In this document: in pieces, positions 29,064 through 37,043 of the stretch
How the letters are laid out: every line of letters begins with the position of its first letter
How positions within the stretch are numbered: the stretch's first letter is position 1
DNA from: a bacterium
Lineage (GTDB): Bacteria; Zhuqueibacterota; Zhuqueibacteria; Oceanimicrobiales; Oceanimicrobiaceae
Length of the DNA stretch: 64,000 bases
Assembly (NCBI GenBank): GCA_037446635.1
Contig: JBBIIG010000002.1
Location: 64,001 to 128,000, forward strand
Direction of reading: 5' to 3'
Notes under the pieces: model-generated
Told to the model about the DNA's origin: nothing
What the model saw: only the letters and a program-made list of their open reading frames with translations
Databases searched by the model: none
Translations under genes and position numbers: made by a program

Positions 29064-30833
29064 TCAATACGTGAAGACAAAACTCGAAAACAGCGCAAAC
29101 TGCACGCGCGATGATTCATACAAATCGCGAAAGCCGCCCAGCGGCGTAAACGTGCTCACCGAAAAAGTGAAGACCGCGTTGTTGTTGAGAAACGGCCGGT
29201 ACACCACGCCGGCGCCGGCGTCGATGCCAACGTCATTGCGAATGCCGCCCTGGTTTAGAAAAAACGCCAGCGATGAAGTATCGACGAAGCGGATGTAGTT
29301 CGCGTTGATCACAAACTCGGTCTTCGGCGTGAGATCGAAATCGAAGGCGAGGTTCGCAATCATCAAACCGGGATTCACAAAGTTTGCCTGTGCCTCGGCT
29401 TTGCTGGGCCGCAAACTCGGCACCAGACTCAGCTTGTTGGTGAGATTCACGCCCAACAAACGAATGCGCTGATTGCTCCAGTAGCTGAACGGTCCGCCGG
29501 CGAAGAACGGCACATCTAAAATCGTGTCGAAGCCCTGACCGACGCCATCGAGCGGATTGGGATCGCCGGAGGAAAAGAAGCCGGACGTGCGCAGCCGCAG
29601 CCAATCTTTGTCGATCGACAATTCCAGTGCCGCCATTTGCGCGCGGATGTCGATAGGCCGGCCCGCCAGCGCATTGAAAGTATCTCTGCCGAACACTTGA
29701 TAGAACGCGTGATTGACGTTGAGCCGCCCGAGGTGGCCGTCGCCGGCCCAGCCGAGATAGTAAGCTTTGATGTCGTGCGGCTGCGTGTTGCCGATCACCG
29801 CGGGCCGCACCGGCACGCCATTTTCATCGACATAAACGCTGGGCTTGTCGTGATTATAATGAAAACTAATTTGCGTCGTGTAGCCGAGGCTCAGAAAATC
29901 CTGCTTGTACAAATTGAAAATGAACACTTCCTGATCCCGCCATTCGAACACCGTGTTCAGCTCGCTGTTGGTGTCCTTCTCCAGCAAACTGAAGTAAGCA
30001 AAATTGTACTGATAGCGATTGGAACCGGCGCTGCCAAACAGCCGCGCGCCCAAATTGAAGTCATCAAAAATAAACCCGCGAAAATCGCTTTTGAATGGCT
30101 GGATGCCGCCTTTGAACGAAATGAAATCGTAGTGCGCGCTGAGATCGAAAAGATGCTTTTCGAGAAACAGCTCCTGCAGCCCAAAGTGATCGTCGTAGCG
30201 CTTGGTGCCCTGCTGCACGTTGACGTTGACATCGTTGTTCTCTTTGCTGTCGAGATAATTGAAACTAACCGCCGCCGTCGCCTTGATTTCGAAATCGCGC
30301 GGCCGGAACGCGGTATTGCCTTTATACAGTTCCAACGACAACCGCAGATTCTCATTCATAAAAAAACGCTCGGCATCGCCGAAGAAACCCTGATTGTTCG
30401 GATCGTTCGTGCTCACTGCGCTGGGCGTCGGCACCGCGGAGGCTTCAAAAAAACTTTCCGTGCTTGCCGTAAAAATGAGGAATGTTTTCTGTCCGATGAT
30501 CGGAAAATCTCCCTTCAACACGTTTTGATTGTAGGGGTCGATGAGCCGCCCTTTGACATTCAGCTCATACGGCGCCAGCTTGATGCTGCGCCAGCGATCG
30601 GGCATTGGCACGAAGTGCGGCACCTCGCGCTGGCTGCGCTCTTGCTTGACGGAATCCGCTTTTGACAACGTCATCTCCTCCGCTGTCCCCTCTCCTCTAA
30701 GAAGAGGGTTAGGGTGAGGTCTCGGGGAGTTCAAAGCCATCAGCGGCAAACTCGTGGCTAAGTGATGTGCTAATATGGCCGAAAGAAGAAACTGGTGCAC
30801 GCGCAGTAGTTTTTGGATAATCATGATCTTCAT
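29064..30833 (-). CDS. Putative outer-membrane beta-barrel (porin-like) protein
   Basis: Alternating aromatic/polar strands, no TM helices, C-terminal FSSFVFTY; directly upstream of the decaheme gene. Confidence 0.75.
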   Translation of the reverse strand: MKIMIIQKLLRVHQFLLSAILAHHLATSLPLMALNSPRPHPNPLLRGEGTAEEMTLSKADSVKQERSQREVPHFVPMPDRWRSIKLAPYELNVKGRLIDPYNQNVLKGDFPIIGQKTFLIFTASTESFFEASAVPTPSAVSTNDPNNQGFFGDAERFFMNENLRLSLELYKGNTAFRPRDFEIKATAAVSFNYLDSKENNDVNVNVQQGTKRYDDHFGLQELFLEKHLFDLSAHYDFISFKGGIQPFKSDFRGFIFDDFNLGARLFGSAGSNRYQYNFAYFSLLEKDTNSELNTVFEWRDQEVFIFNLYKQDFLSLGYTTQISFHYNHDKPSVYVDENGVPVRPAVIGNTQPHDIKAYYLGWAGDGHLGRLNVNHAFYQVFGRDTFNALAGRPIDIRAQMAALELSIDKDWLRLRTSGFFSSGDPNPLDGVGQGFDTILDVPFFAGGPFSYWSNQRIRLLGVNLTNKLSLVPSLRPSKAEAQANFVNPGLMIANLAFDFDLTPKTEFVINANYIRFVDTSSLAFFLNQGGIRNDVGIDAGAGVVYRPFLNNNAVFTFSVSTFTPLGGFRDLYESSRVQFALFSSFVFTY

Positions 30834-30852
30834 CTCTGGTTGCTGAAGTAAA

Positions 30853-30986
30853 TGTCATTCCCTGCCTGCTGCAGGCAGGCGCGCAGCGAGGAATCTGGCG
30901 CACAGAATCGATTGTTTTGCGAATCAGTGCGAGCGCAGTCACTGAATTCATTCTCCGTCAGATTTCTCGCTGCGCTCGAAATGACA
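30853..30986. repeat. REP pair TGTCATT..GCGCAGCGAGGAATCT / AGATTTCTCGCTGCGCTCGAAATGACA with a nested CCTGCCTGCTGCAGGCAGG palindrome (30861-30879)
   Basis: The left arm matches the reverse complement of the right arm apart from the 19-nt insert and a few mismatches. Confidence 0.85.
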
Positions 30987-31001
30987 ATTCCGACGAGGTG
31001 A

Positions 31002-32588
31002 TTACAAATCCGGGTTGCGCGGAAATTTCAAGTACGGCAGCCGCACATTGAGGTAGAAAAATTGATCGCTGCGCATCTGCATTGGCGGCTCGAAACCGAC
31101 GGCGCCGGCCGCAGCGATGTAATCATCCTGATCCACGCCGTCTCCGCTCACCCCGATGCCGCCGGCGAGCTGGCCATTTTTGTAAAGTGGAACGCCGCCC
31201 GGAAAAATCGTGATGCCGTTGCCGAACGGCGCCAGCGCGATATTCTGCTGCCAGCGGTAGTCGTTCAAAGGCAAAACCGGATCGGGAATAAACAACGGCC
31301 CCGGCTGGGGAGCGCCGCTGGTCGGCTGATCGATCCCCGGTGGAAAAAAGCGCTGGCTCAAAAATCCCACGGCGCGGGTGGTCACTGCTAAATCCTGAGT
31401 AGGTGAAAGTCCCAGCACTTGTCGGATTTGCGCGCCGAAGGGATTGTTGGGGTCGCTGAACGCCACGGCGGTGCGCGCTTTTTGTGCGGAGACGTCGTAG
31501 CTGAAGAAGGTGGCGTCGGGCGTGCGCCAAACGCCGAGCATGCGGCCATCGACGTCCGCGACGCTGATGAACACGCGCGCGGGTGAATTGAACGGCCGGC
31601 GAATCGCGGCGCGGGTTTGATTGGCCTTTGCCACCGCCTGATCGATGATGAGCTGCACATCGGTCGCGGATAAAATTTGTCCGGCGGTGACATTATAATT
31701 ATGGATGCCGTCGCCCAAATCCACCGGGCCCTGATCCGGGAAACGCACGAGATTCGGCAGCGGATAAGTGGGATCGAGCGCGCCGCGGCTGGTAACATCC
31801 GCAAACGTGAAGGTGAAATTGGCGGGCGGAGTCGGCGCAATTTGATAGAGCAACTGCACGCCGTCGATGAAAATCGTATCCGCGCGTTTCTCACTGGGGG
31901 TTGAATAACCGATGACCGCGCCCAGCGCAATGGCCTCATCGGCAATCGGGATGCCGCTGCCGCAGTCGGTGAGAAAGCTCGCCGGCAATCGCCCAACGGT
32001 GCCAAAGCTGCTGACGCCCAAACCGCCGGCCAACACGCCATTTTTGAAAATGGGCACGCCGCCCGGCACGCCGGTCAAACCCTGTTGGCCGTTGCCGGTT
32101 TGTCCCGGCGGCGCGCTGTTATTGGGTTGTATGTCTCCGCCGCCGAGATTTGAAAACGGCACGCCGTAGAGCGGCCCACCGGGGGTGTTAGCAATGCCCG
32201 GCGGAAAATGTGAGCGCGTGATGAAGCAGGCGGTGAGCGTGGTGAACCCGTGTTGGTTGCTGCTGAGGTAGGCGGCGGTGCGCGCTTTGGGCACTGCACC
32301 CACATTCACATCCCAAACTGAGCCCTGGGTGCCGTTCATGCTGTACACGGCTAAAATGTTGCCAGCGCGATCGGTGATCGCCACCACCACTTGCTGGTTG
32401 AGCCGCACCGCCTGCTCGACGGCTTGCGTCAAAAGTTTCTGCACATCATCCGTCGTGAGATCAACCGTCGGCTGCGGATTCGGTGACGTTGGCGAGTTGC
32501 TGCTCGAACAACTCGAGTAGGCCAAATAAAAGCCGAGCATCACGGCGATGTATAAAAACATGATTCGGATTCTTTTTAAAACTCGCAT
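31002..32588 (-). CDS. Lipoprotein with two GlcG/HbpS (heme-binding) domains
   Basis: YSSC lipobox-like; [28 protein letters not shown] and QKARTAVAFS..FPGGVPLYKNGQLAGGIGVSGDGVDQDD. Confidence 0.88.
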   Translation of the reverse strand: MRVLKRIRIMFLYIAVMLGFYLAYSSCSSSNSPTSPNPQPTVDLTTDDVQKLLTQAVEQAVRLNQQVVVAITDRAGNILAVYSMNGTQGSVWDVNVGAVPKARTAAYLSSNQHGFTTLTACFITRSHFPPGIANTPGGPLYGVPFSNLGGGDIQPNNSAPPGQTGNGQQGLTGVPGGVPIFKNGVLAGGLGVSSFGTVGRLPASFLTDCGSGIPIADEAIALGAVIGYSTPSEKRADTIFIDGVQLLYQIAPTPPANFTFTFADVTSRGALDPTYPLPNLVRFPDQGPVDLGDGIHNYNVTAGQILSATDVQLIIDQAVAKANQTRAAIRRPFNSPARVFISVADVDGRMLGVWRTPDATFFSYDVSAQKARTAVAFSDPNNPFGAQIRQVLGLSPTQDLAVTTRAVGFLSQRFFPPGIDQPTSGAPQPGPLFIPDPVLPLNDYRWQQNIALAPFGNGITIFPGGVPLYKNGQLAGGIGVSGDGVDQDDYIAAAGAVGFEPPMQMRSDQFFYLNVRLPYLKFPRNPDL

Positions 32589-32776
32589 GGCAACCTCTCT
32601 GTTGACAACAAGGATTAATGGCGTAATGAATTATTGGAACAATGAGTAGCAAGCAAGTCTCTGCTATTCCCTCTTGTTTTTGGCGGGAATCTTCTCCCGA
32701 CGCCTGGAGGCTGGATGCCCAACAAAAGCATTCGGGCATGACAGTCAAGCTGGTTTTTTGGGACAACTCGACATTG

Positions 32777-32814
32777 ATCCACTAATCCACTAATCCAACA
32801 ATCCATTAATCCAC
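32777..32814. repeat. Tandem ~8-nt repeats (ATCCACTA); inverted form near 36963-37013
   Basis: ATCCACTAATCCACTAATCCAACAATCCATTAATCCAC read directly. Confidence 0.7.
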
Positions 32815-32846
32815 TTTGATTTTAAACATTCACAAACCAAATGGCC

Positions 32847-33290
32847 CTAGTTGTTCTGCGCGCCCGCGGCAATCCAATCGCTGATTTGCTGAACCTGCGC
32901 TTGGCTGAGCAGATTGTTTCCGCCGGGCGGCATCACCGCGCCGTTCACGCCGTTGCCCTGAATGATATCCAAAATATAGCTGTTGTTGGTGTTGTTGGGA
33001 GCCACGCGCTGTTTGTTGGGATTATGCAGAGACTGCACGCCAACCAGACTTGCAAAAGACGCGGCCTGGTTATCCAACCGAAACGGCGCGAGTCCACCGG
33101 CCACGTGGCATGGCGCGATCCCACAGCGCGGGCTGAAGGTGTTGGCCTGGATGCTGCTGAGCGTTGGTTGATTGCCGGGGTTCGGATTGGGGTTGGGATT
33201 GAGAATGCCGGTATCCTGCACCCGCCCGCAACCTAAGATCGCTAGATAAGACCAAACGATCACGCAAAGCAGTTTGCTTGAATGTTTCAT
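32847..33290 (-). CDS. Small lipoprotein with a CX4CH monoheme cytochrome-c-like domain
   Basis: ILGC lipobox, NPNPNP linker, CGIAPCH, VMPP, ISDWIAAGAQNN; GGAG RBS. Confidence 0.8.
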   Translation of the reverse strand: MKHSSKLLCVIVWSYLAILGCGRVQDTGILNPNPNPNPGNQPTLSSIQANTFSPRCGIAPCHVAGGLAPFRLDNQAASFASLVGVQSLHNPNKQRVAPNNTNNSYILDIIQGNGVNGAVMPPGGNNLLSQAQVQQISDWIAAGAQNN

Positions 33291-33339
33291 GTTCCTACTC
33301 CATTTTTTCAGAAAGTGAATGAATTTCATTTTGTTTTTC

Positions 33340-33354
33340 GCAAGCCGTATGCCA
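33340..33354 (-). promoter_or_regulatory. Putative sigma-54 promoter TGGCATACGGCTTGC for the cytochrome operon
   Basis: Near-consensus TGGCAY-N5-TTGC, 50 nt upstream of ATG 33290. Confidence 0.8.
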
Positions 33355-33568
33355 TCGCAGCGGGAAGCGCGCGAAGCCTAATTTTTGTAGCGTCTTAACT
33401 TACACCAGTGAAAGCAGTTTTATAAATCTAATCCCCGTTTTGCTTCGATATTGTAAGACAAATTTGTAAAATGGCTAAAGTTTTTGGATGGAGTGTTTTT
33501 GATCTGGGCCGCTTGTTTCACTTAATTTAAGCTTTGGTATATTCCGACAGCTCCAGCAAACGGCGTTT

Positions 33569-33583
33569 TGGTATCAAACTTGC
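33569..33583 (+). promoter_or_regulatory. Putative sigma-54 promoter TGGTATCAAACTTGC for the FHA gene
   Basis: GG-N10-GC; 14/15 identical to the kinase promoter motif; about 45 nt upstream of the ATG. Confidence 0.7.
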
Positions 33584-33628
33584 GTGAGGTAAATTCAAAA
33601 CAAGGATGTTCATTTTTGGAGAAAGTTT

Positions 33629-34501
33629 ATGAAAGCAAAATTAATTAGCCGATCTGCCATTGGGGGCGCGCATGAATTGCCAATCGTCAGGGAAGCCACT
33701 ATCGGACAAGACGCCGCCAATTCCATCGTGCTTTCAGAAAAGAATATTTCCAGAAGACATGCGCGGATTTTTTTCGACGCCGCCGAAAATTGCTATGTGC
33801 TCGAAGACCTCAACAGCCGCAACGGCACGAAACTCGACGGTGAACGGGTGTTCGGGAAAGAGCGGCTCGACGATATTCATGTCATAACTTTTGGCAACCG
33901 GCTTGATTTCTTTTTTCAGCTTGTGAAAGATGAAGGCGAGACCGTTGACTCCGAGATAATTGAAACGAGCCCGGTGGCAAAAAATAATGACACGGTGATC
34001 GAGCAGGATTTCGAGGTCGTGCAAAATTCTCAAACTGTGTTTGACGATACATTTGTAGAAACGCCAGAATTTCTTGCCAGCCGCAGCCAAAACGCAGTGA
34101 TCATCCCCCATCCCAAGAAGAATACGGCCCACTCATTTTTGAGCGAGGTGGAAAAAACGCTTGCGAGTCAGAAGGCCAGGATGAATTTTGAAGAAGCGGC
34201 TGACCTTCCTTCGGCGTTTACACTGCGAATAGAAGGGTTGAACCAGAAATATCGACTCAAGCAGGGCAAAAATATCGTTGGCCGCTCATCGCGCTGCGAT
34301 GTTGCCATCAAACACGAGACCGTCTCGCGGCGGCATGCCTGCATTTCGGTTCATAATGATATCGTGCGGATTTATGATCTCAACAGCAAGAATCAGACAT
34401 TTGTGGGCCGGCGCCAGTTGTTGCAACCAGCCGAAATCCCCCCACGTACCCTGCTGCGTTTTGGCGAAGTTGCGGCTGTTCTCGAATTCGCCCCCATCTA
34501 A
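33629..34501 (+). CDS. Double FHA-domain protein
   Basis: TIGQ..ISRRHARI..LEDLNSRNGT and IVGR..VSRRHACI..IYDLNSKNQT, joined by an acidic Thr-containing linker. Confidence 0.92.
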   Translation: MKAKLISRSAIGGAHELPIVREATIGQDAANSIVLSEKNISRRHARIFFDAAENCYVLEDLNSRNGTKLDGERVFGKERLDDIHVITFGNRLDFFFQLVKDEGETVDSEIIETSPVAKNNDTVIEQDFEVVQNSQTVFDDTFVETPEFLASRSQNAVIIPHPKKNTAHSFLSEVEKTLASQKARMNFEEAADLPSAFTLRIEGLNQKYRLKQGKNIVGRSSRCDVAIKHETVSRRHACISVHNDIVRIYDLNSKNQTFVGRRQLLQPAEIPPRTLLRFGEVAAVLEFAPI

Positions 34502-34632
34502 AGGACCGGGAATTTATAACGATTCCTTCCAAGCCCCAAATGTTTTTGGGGCTTTTTGTTTTACTCACTTCAAGAGTCTTGTATATATTTATTTTTCAGC
34601 TTATTTTAATCACAACTGCTAACCAAAACACC

Positions 34633-36465
34633 ATGCCAAATTCAACCTATATTTTGGGTATCTCGGCGTTTTATCACGACAGCGCCGCCTGCCTGGTTCG
34701 CGACGGCGAAATTTTGTACGCGGCGCAGGAAGAGCGCTTCACCCGCAAAAAACACGATTTCAATTTCCCCAAACACGCCATCGATTTTTGCCTTAAGGAA
34801 GCTGGTTTGCAGCCGGCGGATTTGTCCTACGTTGCGTTTTATGACAAACCATTTTTGAAATTCGAGCGGCTGCTGGAGACCTACCTCGCCTACGCGCCGC
34901 GCGGCGTCGCTTCGTTCATCAAAGCCATGCCGCTCTGGTTGAAGCAAAAGCTTTGGATGAAAGATCTGATCCACAAAGAGCTGCAATACGATGGCGAGAT
35001 TCTTTTTCCCGAACACCATCACTCCCACGCCGCCTCGGCGTTTTTCCCATCGCCATTTCAAGCGGCGGCGATTCTCACCATGGACGGCGTGGGCGAGTGG
35101 GCCACTGCCAGTTACGGCGTCGGCCGCGGCAATCAAATCGAGCTGTGGGCGGAGTTGAAATTTCCGCACTCGCTGGGCCTGCTCTACTCCGCATTTACTT
35201 ATTACACGGGTTTCAAAGTCAATTCTGGCGAATACAAATTGATGGGGCTGGCGCCCTACGGCGAGCCGAAATTCGCGGAAGTGATTCTCGAAAAGTTGAT
35301 TGATCTTAAAGAAGACGGCTCGTTCAAAATGAATATGAAATACTTCAACTATTGCGCCGGACTCACCATGACTAACGAGCGTTTCCATAAGCTGTTCGGG
35401 CTGCCGCCGCGCGCTCCGGAAGGAAAGCTGAATCAAACTTACATGGACGTCGCCGCCTCGATTCAAGCGGTGACCGACGAGATCATGATTCGTATGGCGC
35501 GCCACGTTAAAAAAGAAACTGGGATGAAGTACCTGTGTCTCGCCGGCGGCGTGGCCCTCAACTGCGTCGGCAACGGGCGCATTTTGCGCGCCGGCATTTT
35601 CGACGACTTGTGGATTCAGCCCGCGGCCGGCGACGCCGGCGGCGCGTTGGGCGCGGCGCTGGCGGTGTGGCATCAATTTCTCGACCAGCCACGAAAAGTA
35701 CAGGGCGGCAAAGACGGACAGAAAGCTTCCTATCTCGGCCCAGATTTTAAGAATGAAACTATTGAAGGTTTTTTGAACTCTCAGGAAATTGCTTACAAAA
35801 AATTATCAAACTCTGAATTGATTCGCACGGTCGTCGAGCTGCTTGAAAACGAATCCGTCGTGGGTTGGTTTCAGGGGCGGATGGAATTTGGCCCGCGTGC
35901 GTTAGGCAATCGCAGCATTTTAGGCGATCCCCGCTCGGCGAAAATGCAGTCGATCATGAATTTGAAAATCAAGTTCCGTGAAAGTTTCCGGCCGTTTGCG
36001 CCCTCGGTTTTGAAGGAACACGTGAGCGAGGCGTTCGAGCTGGATCGCGAAAGCCCGTACATGCTGCTAGTGGCCCCGGTGCAAACGTCGCTGCGCATTT
36101 TCAATCCGGAGGATCAGGATCACCAGCTTTTCGGAATCGACAAATTAAAAGTTGTGCGCTCGAAAATTCCGGCGGTGACCCACGTCGATTTTTCAGCGCG
36201 CATTCAAACCGTGGCCAAAGAGGATAATCCCCTGTACTACGATCTCATCAAAGCATTTTATGATCGCACCGGCTGCCCGCTGCTCATCAACACCTCGTTC
36301 AACGTGCGCGGCGAGCCGATTGTCTGTACGCCGCAGGAGGCGTACCGCTGCTTCATGCGCACCAACATGGACTACCTGGTGCTGGGGAATTTCTTATTGG
36401 AAAAAACCGCGCAGAAACCGCTGGTGGAAGAAAAAGCCTGGCAGGAAGAATTTGAATTAGATTAA
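34633..36465 (+). CDS. Carbamoyltransferase, NodU/CmcH family (SxtI-like)
   Basis: ILGISAFYHDSAA, EERFTRKKHD, EHHHSHAASAF, GEYKLMGLAPYG, EFGPRALGNRS, NTSFN. Confidence 0.95.
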   Translation: MPNSTYILGISAFYHDSAACLVRDGEILYAAQEERFTRKKHDFNFPKHAIDFCLKEAGLQPADLSYVAFYDKPFLKFERLLETYLAYAPRGVASFIKAMPLWLKQKLWMKDLIHKELQYDGEILFPEHHHSHAASAFFPSPFQAAAILTMDGVGEWATASYGVGRGNQIELWAELKFPHSLGLLYSAFTYYTGFKVNSGEYKLMGLAPYGEPKFAEVILEKLIDLKEDGSFKMNMKYFNYCAGLTMTNERFHKLFGLPPRAPEGKLNQTYMDVAASIQAVTDEIMIRMARHVKKETGMKYLCLAGGVALNCVGNGRILRAGIFDDLWIQPAAGDAGGALGAALAVWHQFLDQPRKVQGGKDGQKASYLGPDFKNETIEGFLNSQEIAYKKLSNSELIRTVVELLENESVVGWFQGRMEFGPRALGNRSILGDPRSAKMQSIMNLKIKFRESFRPFAPSVLKEHVSEAFELDRESPYMLLVAPVQTSLRIFNPEDQDHQLFGIDKLKVVRSKIPAVTHVDFSARIQTVAKEDNPLYYDLIKAFYDRTGCPLLINTSFNVRGEPIVCTPQEAYRCFMRTNMDYLVLGNFLLEKTAQKPLVEEKAWQEEFELD

Positions 36466-36481
36466 ACGAAAAGGTTCCGAG

Positions 36482-36898
36482 ATGCTGCTTCAAGAAATCA
36501 AAAACATCTGTTCCGATAAAGCGACGTTACGAAAATTTGGCCTCGGTCTGTTTGTGATCTTAACTGCGTTTTCCGCGCTCTCCTATTGGAAAGGCGGCGC
36601 GGTTTACAATTATCTTTTTCCGGCCGCCGTAGCTTCCCTGGTTGCGGCGCTGATTTTCCCAGTTGCCCTCAAATACATTTTCCTCCCGTGGATGGCGCTC
36701 GCCACCGTGATCGGCTGGGTGATGACGCGCGTCATTCTCATCACATTATTCTACTTGATCCTCACACCAATTTCCCTTATTATGAAACTCGCCGGCAAAG
36801 ATTTGCTGGATGAAAAAATCGAGCCGCAACGTCAAAGCTACTGGGTTGCGCGCGACAAAAAAACGATCAGCAAAGAGGAATTGCAACGGCAATTCTAA
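36482..36898 (+). CDS. SxtJ-family membrane protein
   Basis: LRKFGL, WMALATVIGWVMTRVIL..FYLILTP, SYW, RQF end; follows the carbamoyltransferase. Confidence 0.85.
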   Translation: MLLQEIKNICSDKATLRKFGLGLFVILTAFSALSYWKGGAVYNYLFPAAVASLVAALIFPVALKYIFLPWMALATVIGWVMTRVILITLFYLILTPISLIMKLAGKDLLDEKIEPQRQSYWVARDKKTISKEELQRQF

Positions 36899-37043
36899 CT
36901 GTCAGCCATTTCGCTTACTGCAAGATCTTGAAGACGTTTTCAATTTTCTGCTTTTTGAGCAAATGGATTATTGGATTGATGGATCAATGCGTGTTGCGTT
37001 TTCATTAATCCATTAAACCCTGTCGTAAAAAGCAAGCAGTTTA

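Noticed and set aside
19604..30833. Calling the locus MtrCAB/MtoAB, NrfA or HAO
   Set aside because: Heme counts of 10 coincide, but size, spacing and domain content differ; no CXXCK motif; no recognisable family signatures.
34633..36898. Saxitoxin biosynthesis
   Set aside because: Only generic SxtI/SxtJ-like homologs; no sxtA, sxtG or other core genes.
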